NCBI GenBank assembly: GCA_029560465.1
Contig: JAKQKX010000023.1
Coordinates: forward strand, 7,965-71,964
Reading direction: 5' to 3'
Origin: Candidatus Omnitrophota bacterium
Lineage (GTDB): Bacteria > Omnitrophota > Gorgyraeia > Zapsychrales > JANLHA01
Length of the DNA stretch: 64,000 nucleotides
The translations under genes and the position numbers were made by a program. Under the pieces are notes generated by a model. The model saw only the letters and a list, made by a program, of their open reading frames with translations, made no database searches and was not told the origin of the DNA. Positions 47,346 through 57,060 of this stretch are shown piece by piece (within the stretch, counting starts at the first letter, position 1; the number at the start of each line of letters is the position of its first letter).

Positions 47346-48596
47346 TTATTTGGCGCCGCCCAACTGGGCAATATTAAACATAGGAAGGAACATGGCGAGA
47401 ACGATCACTCCGATGACCGTACCCATAAAGACCAGCATAAACGGTTCAATAAGCGTGGCGAAACGTTTCATCGCCGTTTCAACGGTTTCCTGGTAAAAGG
47501 TCGCGACATGACGGAGCATTTTACTGAGTTCTCCTGACTCTTCACCGACCGAGATCATCTGAAGGCACATGACCGGGAAAAACTGGCTCCGTTCCATCGG
47601 CCCGACCAGAAGCTCTCCTTGGCGCACGGCTTCCTTAATATCGTTCACGACGGCGGCACAGGTCAGATTGTCGACCAGGCGTTCGGATATGTCGAGGGCG
47701 TGCAGGATGGGGACCCCGCTTTCAACCAGGATAGCCATTTGTGACGTGAAGCGTTCCACGATGGTGAGTTTGTAAATCGCGCCAAAAGTTGGCAGGGAAT
47801 ACATGAATTGCTCTGTTTTTCTCCGTCCGGGAGTGGTTTTGGTCCATTTTTTAAAAAGAAAGACCGCCACCCAGGCAGCCATGACGATTTTAAAGAAATT
47901 CATTTTAATAAAACGGAACGTGTTTAAAAGGACCTTGGTGATCCCCGGCAGTTCTACGCCCATGCTTTCAAAAACGGTTTCGAAACGGGGCCCGATGAAA
48001 AGGGCAAATATGCTGATCGCCCCGAGGCAAATCATGAAGAGGACCGCCGGGTACAGGATGGCCGACATAATGGTGGAACGGAAACGTTCCGACTGTTCAA
48101 GGTAGAATGCCAGACGGTTTAAAACTGTCGGTAGCGTACCGGAGGCTTCCCCCACTTCTACCAGCGTCACCCAGAACTGGTTAAATACCTTGGGATGCTG
48201 ATTGAGGGCCTGGGATAAGGAACTTCCTTGTTCGACATCACTTTTGACTTTCGTGAGAATTTTATAAAATTTGGCGCTTTCCGTTTGGTCGGTAATAACA
48301 TCAATGCTTCGCAGCAGTGAGACCCCGGCTTCGAGCATCGTGGTTAATTGGCGGGCAAAGGAAAGCAGATCGGTTAATTTGACCTTGGAATAACCGAACT
48401 TGCGGTCCCCAGACTTCTGTTTAAAGGCCCTTTCCTGCCCCCGTTTTTGTTCCGCGCTTAGCCCCTCTTCAATCTTAATGATGAAATACCCCTGCCTTTG
48501 CAGCTTTTGAATCAGGCTGTTTTTATCATAGGCTTCGGTATCAACTTCAAGAGTTTTCCCCTGGGCGTCTTTAACGATATAGTGGAAATTCGGCAC
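47346..48596 (-). CDS. pilC: Type IV pilus platform protein PilC (T2SSF family)
   Basis: FARQLTTMLEAGV, GEASGTL, VGEESGEL and LIEP motifs; GTG start. Confidence 0.94.
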   Translation of the reverse strand: MPNFHYIVKDAQGKTLEVDTEAYDKNSLIQKLQRQGYFIIKIEEGLSAEQKRGQERAFKQKSGDRKFGYSKVKLTDLLSFARQLTTMLEAGVSLLRSIDVITDQTESAKFYKILTKVKSDVEQGSSLSQALNQHPKVFNQFWVTLVEVGEASGTLPTVLNRLAFYLEQSERFRSTIMSAILYPAVLFMICLGAISIFALFIGPRFETVFESMGVELPGITKVLLNTFRFIKMNFFKIVMAAWVAVFLFKKWTKTTPGRRKTEQFMYSLPTFGAIYKLTIVERFTSQMAILVESGVPILHALDISERLVDNLTCAAVVNDIKEAVRQGELLVGPMERSQFFPVMCLQMISVGEESGELSKMLRHVATFYQETVETAMKRFATLIEPFMLVFMGTVIGVIVLAMFLPMFNIAQLGGAK

Positions 48597-48657
48597 ACAA
48601 GACCTTTCGTATATTCATGTTAAAAAATGACCGGGATGCAGGGATCCATAAGGAGTT

Positions 48658-50385
48658 TCAATACACGGTGGTCACGCTGATAACTTCGTCCACACTGGTG
48701 ACCCCCGCCTCTACTTTCTTGATCCCGTCTTCAAACAGTGTGACCATCCCATTCTTCCTGGCCATGTCGTGTATTTCCGTGTAGTTCGCGCGTTTTGCAA
48801 TGAGATCGCGGATATCATCGTCGATCAGCATGGTTTCCGTTAATACAATTCTTCCGCGATAACCTGTTTGATTGCATTCGTTGCAGCCAACCGCTTTATA
48901 AAGCAGATCGCTCTTAATATTGAGGTCGGTAAATTGTCCGGGAAGGGGTTCAAACGCTTCTTTGCACTTCACACAAAGACGACGCGCCAGGCGTTGGGCA
49001 ACGACCATGACGAGAGAGGGTGTTAATAAATAGGGCTCAATGCCGATATCAACAAGACGCGTGATAGCCGAAGCCGCATCGTTGGTGTGGATGGTGCTTA
49101 AAACAAAATGCCCGGTTAGCGCTGCGCGGACGCAAATTTGCGCGGTTTCCAGGTCCCGGACTTCCCCCACCATAATGACGTCCGGGTCTTGACGGAGGAA
49201 AGAGCGCAGAGCCGCCGCAAACGTCAGCCCGATCTCGGCTCGAACACCCACCTGATTAATGCCTTCTATCTTGAATTCGACGGGATCCTCCGCCGTGAGA
49301 ATGTTTTTGTGAGGGTCGATGGTTTCATTTAAGATGGCGTAAAGGGTTGTGGATTTCCCGCTTCCGGTGGGCCCTGTGACAAAAAAGAGTCCATAAGGCG
49401 ATTTCAAAGCCTGCCGGACTTTTTCATACTGGGCCTTCTCAAATCCGAGGTTTTCCAGCTGCAGGGGCACCGTGGATTTGTCAAGGATACGCAAAACCAC
49501 TTTTTCCCCCCAGATTGTGGGAACCGTAGAAACACGAAGGTCGACATAACGGTCGTTGTATTTAAAACTGATCGCCCCATCCTGGGGTAGGCGCTTTTCC
49601 GCGATGTCCAGTTTCGCAAGGATTTTAAGCCTGGAAACAATAGGAAGCATGAGGTGACGATTCGGGGGGGGGATCTGATACAGGAGCCCGTCGATGCGGT
49701 ACCGCAAGCTGATATTGTCTTTAAACGGTTCGATATGGATATCACTGGCCCGCTGTTCAATGGCCTGCTGGATCATCAGATCGACAAGCTTAATAACGGG
49801 GGCCTCTTCCGCCTTTTCAATCAGCTCATCGACGTTCGTGTCGGATGATGGAGGAGAGAATTCTTCATTTTCAATTTCGATGCCCGGGCCTTCCCCGGAC
49901 TCAAGCAGCACGTTATCCCCGGCTTCGGCATGGGCCGTGCGGCACAAGGAGTAAAATTCCTGTATGGCCGGGAGTAAACTTTTCCGGGTCGCGAGCAGGA
50001 GGCGGATTTCACAGTCCTTGGCGAGCATTTTTAAATTATCAAGGATAACCAAGTCCAGAGGGTCTTCCAGGGCGACTGTTATGACATTGCCTTGTCTGGA
50101 GACCGGTAACACGATATTCCTTTTGGCGAAATCATAAGGAATCACTTTATCCAAATCTTGGGATATATCGGGATTTAACAATTCGTTCTCGGGGGTCGCA
50201 TACGGAAGGTCCAGTTGGGCGGCCAGGGCGGACACGATGTCTTCTTCGGTGAGGTACCCGAGTTTGATTAAATTCTCTCCTACCCGCCCCCCGTCTCTTT
50301 TTTGCATGGCGATGGCGTCCTGCAACTGATCCTCTGTGATCAATTTCTGTTGTAACAATATTTCGCCAATTTTATAGTGCATCAT
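48658..50385 (-). CDS. pilB: Type IV pilus assembly ATPase PilB with N-terminal MshEN domain
   Basis: ASDIHIEP, EKRLPQDG, GPTGSGKSTT, LRQDPDVIMVGE, tetra-Cys motif; N-terminal tandem R/K-x-G-E-x-L repeats. Confidence 0.95.
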   Translation of the reverse strand: MMHYKIGEILLQQKLITEDQLQDAIAMQKRDGGRVGENLIKLGYLTEEDIVSALAAQLDLPYATPENELLNPDISQDLDKVIPYDFAKRNIVLPVSRQGNVITVALEDPLDLVILDNLKMLAKDCEIRLLLATRKSLLPAIQEFYSLCRTAHAEAGDNVLLESGEGPGIEIENEEFSPPSSDTNVDELIEKAEEAPVIKLVDLMIQQAIEQRASDIHIEPFKDNISLRYRIDGLLYQIPPPNRHLMLPIVSRLKILAKLDIAEKRLPQDGAISFKYNDRYVDLRVSTVPTIWGEKVVLRILDKSTVPLQLENLGFEKAQYEKVRQALKSPYGLFFVTGPTGSGKSTTLYAILNETIDPHKNILTAEDPVEFKIEGINQVGVRAEIGLTFAAALRSFLRQDPDVIMVGEVRDLETAQICVRAALTGHFVLSTIHTNDAASAITRLVDIGIEPYLLTPSLVMVVAQRLARRLCVKCKEAFEPLPGQFTDLNIKSDLLYKAVGCNECNQTGYRGRIVLTETMLIDDDIRDLIAKRANYTEIHDMARKNGMVTLFEDGIKKVEAGVTSVDEVISVTTVY

Positions 50386-50417
50386 AGGCTTAGTCCTAAA
50401 ACGACGCTATATCCCGG

Positions 50418-51938
50418 TTATTTGCTTTCGTGTTCTCGGAGTTCTTTTTCGATCTGCTCGAATCGGCTTGAAGGAAAATCTTGTTCACGGATAATCGAAC
50501 GGGTCATAATTTCTTTCGATTCGAGAATTTCTGCGTCTTTGATGATACGCGGGGTGATAAAAATAATCAGTTCCCGCTCCTGACCGGATTGGTCTTTGTG
50601 CCGAAACGCCTGCCCGAGGACCGGGATGTCACCCAGAATCGGCACTTTCGTTATCGTTTCTGATTTCTCTTCCCGCATCAATCCGCCGATAATGATTGTC
50701 TCTCCGCTCAGGACCCGTAGAATGGACTGGGTGCCCCGCTCTTCCGGGTCCCGGAACGTCTGGCCGCTGAACGTCTGTCCATCACGCGCCAGGATAACTT
50801 TAGGAACCAAGGCCATGGTAATTTCTCCGGTTGCCATGTTGGCCTGGGGCGTCACAGTCAGGAAAACGCCCGTTTCTGCCCGCTCCGCCTCCAGGGACTG
50901 GGTGGCGATGCTTTGCGATGATTCAGTCTGGGTGGACACGCCGATGGTTTCATTCGCCGCAATTTTGATCTGGGCTGTTTCATTGTTCAACGTCATGATA
51001 GAAGGCCGCGCCAGAGTTTTGGTCCCGCTCTGTGTTTTCAGGAATTGCAGGGTCGCGGTGAGTCCGCTGGCGTCAATAATCCCGGTATAATACTGGGCCC
51101 CCTTGTCATCAAACTCGTTACTCTGAAACGCCTGCCCTTTTTTTAAAAGGCTGTTTTGATCCCAAGGGTAAACATGCGCCCGTTTGCCGCCGGTAAAACT
51201 CAAGGGCGTCTCTCCGATTTTAACGCCGATTTTCTCGTATGTGCCTTGGGACACTTCCAGCATTTCTACTTCAATCATAATTTGGGGGACCGACACGTCC
51301 AAGCGGGCGAGCGTGCTTTCAATCAAAGGGAAATTGGTCGCGATGTCCGTGATGATAAAACTGTTGGTGCGGGGATCCTCGGTGATTTTCCCCTTTGAGG
51401 AGAGGATCGCCATGAGGGAGCCCTTGATCCCGGTTTCGTCGCTGTTGTCCGTTGAGTTGATCGAGAGTCCATCCACCAGGCTGATGTTTAAAGTTTTTTT
51501 AAGTTTGGATTGGCTCACCGTGGCGTGTTTAAGAGGGTAAACGCGGGTGATGAGTTCCGTGTCAGGCTGTGACAGCGGTTTGACGATATAAATATTGCTG
51601 TTGGGCTGTATCTCATAGGTCAGGTTATTCGCTTTTAGCAACTGTTCCAGCGCCTGCTCAACGGGGACATTATCCAGAAAAATGGTTATCCGTTTAGAGG
51701 CGATGTTTTCCGCCGTAATCAGGTTCAGGTTTGTCTGCTTTGAGAAAATTTTCAGGACATCCACCAGAGCCGCGCTTTGGAAGTCCATGGATATTCTCTT
51801 GGAGTATTCAGGATAGACAAAAGGACTGCCCGCGCCTGCCGTCACCGGCTCGCTTTTCACCTCGGCCCAACCACTGAAAAGGAGCAAGACGGTGATGAAA
51901 AAAAGTCTGCCCTTCCTATCCATATTGTTCTCCTTCAA
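50418..51938 (-). CDS. pilQ: Secretin (PilQ/GspD family)
   Basis: ISMDFQSA.L.DVL, DPRTNS, LDVSVPQIMIE, VPILGDIPVLG and ELIIFITPRII motifs. Confidence 0.9.
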   Translation of the reverse strand: MKENNMDRKGRLFFITVLLLFSGWAEVKSEPVTAGAGSPFVYPEYSKRISMDFQSAALVDVLKIFSKQTNLNLITAENIASKRITIFLDNVPVEQALEQLLKANNLTYEIQPNSNIYIVKPLSQPDTELITRVYPLKHATVSQSKLKKTLNISLVDGLSINSTDNSDETGIKGSLMAILSSKGKITEDPRTNSFIITDIATNFPLIESTLARLDVSVPQIMIEVEMLEVSQGTYEKIGVKIGETPLSFTGGKRAHVYPWDQNSLLKKGQAFQSNEFDDKGAQYYTGIIDASGLTATLQFLKTQSGTKTLARPSIMTLNNETAQIKIAANETIGVSTQTESSQSIATQSLEAERAETGVFLTVTPQANMATGEITMALVPKVILARDGQTFSGQTFRDPEERGTQSILRVLSGETIIIGGLMREEKSETITKVPILGDIPVLGQAFRHKDQSGQERELIIFITPRIIKDAEILESKEIMTRSIIREQDFPSSRFEQIEKELREHESK

Positions 51939-52511
51939 TTAAGGTTCGATAAGAAATCTTTGATTTTTAAACGAAATCTCCACCCCGCCGCGGGAGATCC
52001 CTGTGATCCGCCATTGCTCGATGGAATCGCCGATAGAGATAATCCTTCCTTCCATGATAGCTTGTGGCCGGTCCGTGTTCCAGACAATTCCGGAAATTTT
52101 ATAATCCGGTTTCGGAAGCACAACTTCTTCCACCACCGGGGTTTGCTGAGAAGCTTCCGGGGGTGTTCCTGTGGCGCCCGTTGGAATATCCTGTCGAGTG
52201 TTTTGCTCCGATACTTTCTCCTCGGCCGGGAGGGGCGCTTGCGGGATTTCATCCGGGAGCCGTGGGGTGAATGGGTTCCGCAGCGAGCGCAACATTTTCG
52301 CTGTCTCTTCATCGATCTGCAACTGGTCCAAGTGAAACTGTTTTTCGAGCTGGCCCGCCTGTTCGGTGATGTTGTCTTTGGTGAGCCGGTTCGCGTAGAA
52401 TTCGGTGAATTCCTTGGCTTTATCGACTAAAGCTTCTTCAGTGAAACCCGTTGTTACGCGGATTCCCGCGATCAAAGCTGCGCTTATTATGAAAAATTTA
52501 TTTGTTTTCAT
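51939..52511 (-). CDS. PilP/GspC-like protein
   Basis: LRNPF, Pro-rich linker, ISGIVW...AIMEG.IISIGD segments; located between pilO and pilQ. Start set at MKTNKF. Confidence 0.65.
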   Translation of the reverse strand: MKTNKFFIISAALIAGIRVTTGFTEEALVDKAKEFTEFYANRLTKDNITEQAGQLEKQFHLDQLQIDEETAKMLRSLRNPFTPRLPDEIPQAPLPAEEKVSEQNTRQDIPTGATGTPPEASQQTPVVEEVVLPKPDYKISGIVWNTDRPQAIMEGRIISIGDSIEQWRITGISRGGVEISFKNQRFLIEP

Positions 52512-53133
52512 TTTTGAAAATGATGGAAGCGATCTCCATCTGTATCCTGATTTCCGGGCGCTCTTCTTTTTTGTCACGTCCGGCCTGCTGTGGCTGCTGA
52601 CGCCGTTGGCTGACCATGGTGTCAAAAATTGTGCTTTGAAAGTCTTCAATCCTTATATTGTACTGAGAGCTTTCAATGTCATGGATAAACAGGAAAATAT
52701 TGTCGTATTCTTTTGAAGAAATTTCCAGGTTGATGCTTGTAAGTTCATAGAGTGGCTCGTCTATCTTTTTGGCCGGAGAAAAGGATTCCAACCGGACCCC
52801 GCGATGGATCGCCATCGTCGTGAGGACATTGGCCAACGTATCTGCGGATAACCCTTGGGGCAGGTTATTCAGCAAATCATCCCGGCTTTTTTTTGCGTTG
52901 TTATATTCTGTCATGGCAACTTTCTTCTTGAGCAAGTCATTAATTTGGATCGTAATCCGGCGCGACTCCATTTTTTTGTTAATATAAAAATGGGCGCTGA
53001 ACACAATGGCGCCGATAACGATAAGGGTTGTGACCAGCTCTTGGGGGTTCTTCTTGAGGTGTTCCCCGAATTTTGAATAATTAATCTTATTCAGATCTTT
53101 GACATCAAGTTTGCTCAGTTCTGAGAGGTTCAT
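52498..53133 (-). CDS. pilO: PilO-like protein
   Basis: Single TM plus coiled coil; LPQ, GVRLESFSP and Y....FIHDIESS segments; operon position. Confidence 0.75.
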   Translation of the reverse strand: MNLSELSKLDVKDLNKINYSKFGEHLKKNPQELVTTLIVIGAIVFSAHFYINKKMESRRITIQINDLLKKKVAMTEYNNAKKSRDDLLNNLPQGLSADTLANVLTTMAIHRGVRLESFSPAKKIDEPLYELTSINLEISSKEYDNIFLFIHDIESSQYNIRIEDFQSTIFDTMVSQRRQQPQQAGRDKKEERPEIRIQMEIASIIFKNENK

Positions 53134-53151
53134 AATATGCGTATGTCTGTT

Positions 53152-54687
53152 TTAGCTGCAGGTGATTACAAAGAAAGATACTTGGAACTTCTGGAATTCT
53201 TCCTGCCGTGTTTTGAGTTCAATATTTTTGAATGTATCCTTGAAGCCATCCTGTTCTTTGATGGCGGAATAGAATTGATTGATGAGCTTAAACTGATCAT
53301 TGATGTTGTCTTGGTACACATATCCTTGGAGTTCGATATATTTTCGTGTTTCGGGCCGGGCAGAGTCCGGAGACGCCGGGGCCGTATTTTTGTTGGTATC
53401 ATAGCGGATTTTCATGGATTTTAGCCACATGCCATAGGGCATGAGCGATGGGATTTTATACAGATAATATTTTAAATTACTCGTGATCCGGACGTTTTTG
53501 TAGTTATTTAATTTCTGCGATATGTCCTGGGACATTTTCTCAATATCCGTTTTCTCTAAACTTTTATAAGGCCCCAGTTCCGTTTTCAGGCTTTCCAAGC
53601 GGCGATACTGTTTTTGGGTCACCGCGCTAGAGGATTGGATCACGGCGAAGATGACCAGCGCCGAAAGGGCCGAGCTGACTAACAAGGATTTGTATTTTTC
53701 AATGTTAATGTGCAGGGACGTTTCCGCCGCGATGATGTTCGTGGGATCCTGTCCCAAGTTGAAATCCTTGGCGAGCAACTTTGGGGGCTTGATCGCCGCC
53801 CCCATGGCCCCCAAAAGTCCTAGCGACGGGATATCCTCGGTGCTTTTGATCAGATCGGAAGCCCGGATTTCAATGACAGGAATTTTAAAATCTTCGGCAA
53901 TGGCTTTGCCGGCATCCGGGAACAGATCTTTTGAAATCAGAATGATCCTTTTGACTTTAGCCGCAGTGTTTTGCCGTGTGAAAAAATTGATCGAAACCCT
54001 CAAGTCGGTAAAAAGCCTGGACATGAATTGGTCCTGTTGTTTGACATCAAATGTGAACGGTGATTCCCTGACAAACTGGACGACGTCGTTGTCGATCATG
54101 ATGATATGGATCGAATTGCTTTCAATCAGGACGACAGCTGAGGCGTGATCATGCGGGATGACCTTTTGTTTTTTTAGGAGCCGGAAGAGCGAAACTGCCC
54201 CGGGTTCAATGTTGGTGATCTTGATGTCGGTATGCTGCAGAATTTCCGTGTATTTTTCAAGGGTTTTTTTCCTGATCGCGACAAAAATAACCCGGAGGCT
54301 CTTGAGCTTGTCTTTTTCGAACGGGATGCTGTGAAACGTATAAACGAGTTCTTCGACTTTAAGGGGAATATATTTTGTGACCTCGAACTCCACGACTCCT
54401 TTCATTTCATTCGGGGCCATCCAGGGGATCACAAAGGACCTGAAGATCAGGTCCTGGGTTGGAATGCTAAGGACAATTTGCCGTTGAGAGAACCCAGACT
54501 TTGAAAACGTTTTTTGAAGGAGGTCCGTGAATAAAAGACCTTCCGGGATATCGGCGGGTTGCTGGCTCAAGGCTTCGTCAAAAGGGGCGAAGCCCGAACG
54601 GATCATTGCGCCTCCCCGCCCGGCTTCTGCTAGACAAAAGGCGGTTTTGCCCCAATAAAGGCCGATATGTGTTTGGGAGTCTGACAT
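53152..54687 (-). CDS. PilM-PilN fusion (GspL-like)
   Basis: Actin-like N-terminal region (HIGLYWG, EVTKYIP, AMGAAI), DFNL linker, TM helix, then PilN-like region (MPYGMWLKSM, ELQGY). Confidence 0.75.
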   Translation of the reverse strand: MSDSQTHIGLYWGKTAFCLAEAGRGGAMIRSGFAPFDEALSQQPADIPEGLLFTDLLQKTFSKSGFSQRQIVLSIPTQDLIFRSFVIPWMAPNEMKGVVEFEVTKYIPLKVEELVYTFHSIPFEKDKLKSLRVIFVAIRKKTLEKYTEILQHTDIKITNIEPGAVSLFRLLKKQKVIPHDHASAVVLIESNSIHIIMIDNDVVQFVRESPFTFDVKQQDQFMSRLFTDLRVSINFFTRQNTAAKVKRIILISKDLFPDAGKAIAEDFKIPVIEIRASDLIKSTEDIPSLGLLGAMGAAIKPPKLLAKDFNLGQDPTNIIAAETSLHINIEKYKSLLVSSALSALVIFAVIQSSSAVTQKQYRRLESLKTELGPYKSLEKTDIEKMSQDISQKLNNYKNVRITSNLKYYLYKIPSLMPYGMWLKSMKIRYDTNKNTAPASPDSARPETRKYIELQGYVYQDNINDQFKLINQFYSAIKEQDGFKDTFKNIELKTRQEEFQKFQVSFFVITCS

Positions 54688-54726
54688 AATATAATAATTC
54701 TATAAATATTATAATTTATTATTCTC

Positions 54727-54755
54727 ATTAAACACTAATGGGAATCCTTTGTCAA
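54727..54755 (-). promoter_or_regulatory. Putative sigma70 promoter of pilMN-O-P-Q-B-C
   Basis: TTGACA-N17-TTTAAT. Confidence 0.55.
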
Positions 54756-54821
54756 TCAGCTTCCCAAAAAAATAAAACTATTTTTAACGGGGCGTGAATG
54801 CTCAGGGGCTCTGAAGGCCGG

Positions 54822-55196
54822 TTAATAATTAATTTGAACCTGAATACGGTTGACTAGAACAGGGGTAAATCCGGTGGGGGCGATGTTGAGATTCCCTTGG
54901 TCCTGAATGGTATAGCTGTAATTCTTACCGGTCATCATTTCCGAGTTGGCGAGAGGAATTGTCGTCCTTTCCATCTGCGCCTGGTGATAACGGTAGAACA
55001 TCCCTGTGGCGAACTGCTCTGACTTGATTTGATCAACAACATCCTGCCCGGATTTCTGGTGAGAAACCAGAAGGCTCATGACGCTTACGACCACAATGGA
55101 AAGAATGATGCTGAGGATAAGGACAGTTAGGAAAATGACGCCGTGGTTTCCGGTTAAACAGCAGGCACACCCAGAACAAGGATTATGTTTCATCAT
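54822..55196 (-). CDS. PilX/GspK-like minor pilin (no Glu5)
   Basis: NHG|VIFLTVLILSIILSIVVVSVM site; start set at MMKHN, overlapping the upstream stop. Confidence 0.6.
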   Translation of the reverse strand: MMKHNPCSGCACCLTGNHGVIFLTVLILSIILSIVVVSVMSLLVSHQKSGQDVVDQIKSEQFATGMFYRYHQAQMERTTIPLANSEMMTGKNYSYTIQDQGNLNIAPTGFTPVLVNRIQVQINY

Positions 55197-55425
55197 CAAT
55201 CCCCTTTTCAAGAAGGCTGTTGCACCGCGGGCATTTCCAGATGGGACTTGATTTATATTGAACAAAAATATAAAGGCAATAAGGGCACTGATGGACATGC
55301 TCCGCTGACGGTTCGGATTTATCTTCGTTGCTTTTAGTATAAAATAACCATAAGCAATACACAAGGACAACTACGAAAGAAAAAAAGGCAGCTGTGGCAA
55401 GAGTAAATTCGATTGTGATTTGCAT
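55183..55425 (-). CDS. Small membrane-anchored Zn-ribbon protein
   Basis: N-terminal TM helix; CPYC-x12-CPRC. Confidence 0.7.
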   Translation of the reverse strand: MQITIEFTLATAAFFSFVVVLVYCLWLFYTKSNEDKSEPSAEHVHQCPYCLYIFVQYKSSPIWKCPRCNSLLEKGIDDET

Positions 55426-55445
55426 AATAGGTCGAGCCGGTAAAG

Positions 55446-55907
55446 TTAATAACTTAACCGGAGAGGAATCCGTCTGGGGACCCCAGGGTCAATGCCTAAT
55501 TTCAGGAGCTCGTCCCTTTCGATCTGGCCACGGCTTTTTCCCTCAATAAAAGGGTTTTTAAGGTATGTTTTGTCGTCCCCCGGGGTATCGGCCATGAACA
55601 GCGTCTTATCCGTGCGCGTCTTGTGAACCGAATACGCCGATGGCCGGTTTGTCTGGATTTGAACATTGAGGCCGCCGTTCATGTCGGCGCCAGAATCTCC
55701 GGGGCTGTCCTGGTTTTTCAAGTTTTGAATTTCTTCATACCCCAGAATAGGGCCCAAAAAGATGAATGCCGGTTTTGGGGCCCGTGTCAACTGGTTGAAA
55801 AGGAACGAGACGCAGGTAAAGATAAAAACATGGATCAAGATCGAGAACAGGAAAGCTTCCAGGTCACGCTCCTGATGATGAAACTTGTTGAGAGGAACAA
55901 TTTTCAT
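55446..55907 (-). CDS. TonB/TolA-type membrane anchor protein lacking a recognisable TonB C-terminal domain
   Basis: TM helix FLFSILIHVFIF (SxxxH), directly after exbD; start set at MKIVPL. Confidence 0.6.
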   Translation of the reverse strand: MKIVPLNKFHHQERDLEAFLFSILIHVFIFTCVSFLFNQLTRAPKPAFIFLGPILGYEEIQNLKNQDSPGDSGADMNGGLNVQIQTNRPSAYSVHKTRTDKTLFMADTPGDDKTYLKNPFIEGKSRGQIERDELLKLGIDPGVPRRIPLRLSY

Positions 55908-55932
55908 AGACACGATCAATAATTTTGGATTT

Positions 55933-56343
55933 CTAGCGGTCTTGTGTCGTTGCGATGTTAATACGTTCGATCCCGTATTTGCGACAGATGTCCCAGACAT
56001 CCACCATCCGGCCTAAAGAGGCCCTGCGGTCTGCTTTAATCAACACGGGGATATCTCGGCCCCGAAGGTCCTGGAGCCGTTGGTTCAATTCTTCGAGGGT
56101 CAATACAGCATCGTTGTGATAGATGACATTTTCGCTGCTGATAATAATAATAAAATTATCCTCGGTGATCGAGTCGCTGGTCACCGCTTTGGGCAGTTTG
56201 ACGTTGATCCCCGATTGCGACGTGAAGGATGACGAGAGCAGGAAGAAAATGAGCAGAAGGAAAATAACATCAATCATCGGCGCGAGATTAATCTGCTCCA
56301 CTCCCTGCTCTAATTTAACATGGCGTTTGAATTTCATGTTCAC
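55933..56343 (-). CDS. exbD: ExbD/TolR family protein
   Basis: INLAPMIDVIFLLLIFF, VKLP and IKAD motifs. Confidence 0.93.
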   Translation of the reverse strand: MNMKFKRHVKLEQGVEQINLAPMIDVIFLLLIFFLLSSSFTSQSGINVKLPKAVTSDSITEDNFIIIISSENVIYHNDAVLTLEELNQRLQDLRGRDIPVLIKADRRASLGRMVDVWDICRKYGIERINIATTQDR

Positions 56344-56355
56344 CTCGTGACGGCG

Positions 56356-57024
56356 TTAAGAATGTGTGCTGGAAGCTGATGTTTCACTAATATGGCACAA
56401 CAAGTTGACTAATTCTGTGGCCCCGCGCTCCATGTCCAGGATAAATGTGTTGACGCGGCTCACCAGGTAATTATAGACCACGAAGACCGGGATCGCCACG
56501 GTCAGACCGGCAACCGTTGTCAGGAGCGCCTCCCCGATCCCCCCGGCCAGTTCTCCGGGCGTGACCGGGTTCATCGTCTCGGCCAGGCCTTTGATCGTGT
56601 AAAAACATCGTGTCATTCCGGTCACCGTCCCGAATAGCCCTAGAAGGGGTGAAATGTGGGCTATCGTCGCAAGCGCGGTGAAGCGTTTTTCCAGTTTTGG
56701 TATTTCAAAAAGACTCACGTCCTCCATCGCTTCTTTAATCGCTTCCCGGGAAGACCCGTATTGGAGAATGCCCGCTTTTAATATCTGGGCCAAGGGGGAC
56801 GGGTCTCGGTCGCACTGAGCAATGGCTTCCTTGATTTTGTTATTTTTGATGAGAGTAAAAACCGTGTGTTTAAGCTTATTGGGGTTGGAGCTGATACTGG
56901 CAAAATAGACCAATTTGCCTATAATGATCCCGACCGCTATGACCGAACAGATGCCAATTGGTATCATGATCGGGCCACCGGCCAGTATCAGTTCTCCAGC
57001 GTTGATTTCCCATGATCCTCCCAT
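56356..57024 (-). CDS. exbB: MotA/TolQ/ExbB proton channel protein
   Basis: SPLLGLFGTVTGM and GGIGEALLTTVAGL motifs. Confidence 0.93.
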   Translation of the reverse strand: MGGSWEINAGELILAGGPIMIPIGICSVIAVGIIIGKLVYFASISSNPNKLKHTVFTLIKNNKIKEAIAQCDRDPSPLAQILKAGILQYGSSREAIKEAMEDVSLFEIPKLEKRFTALATIAHISPLLGLFGTVTGMTRCFYTIKGLAETMNPVTPGELAGGIGEALLTTVAGLTVAIPVFVVYNYLVSRVNTFILDMERGATELVNLLCHISETSASSTHS

Positions 57025-57060
57025 GCGATCCCTCCTTTGTGGTGACAGCCCTTTGGTTCT

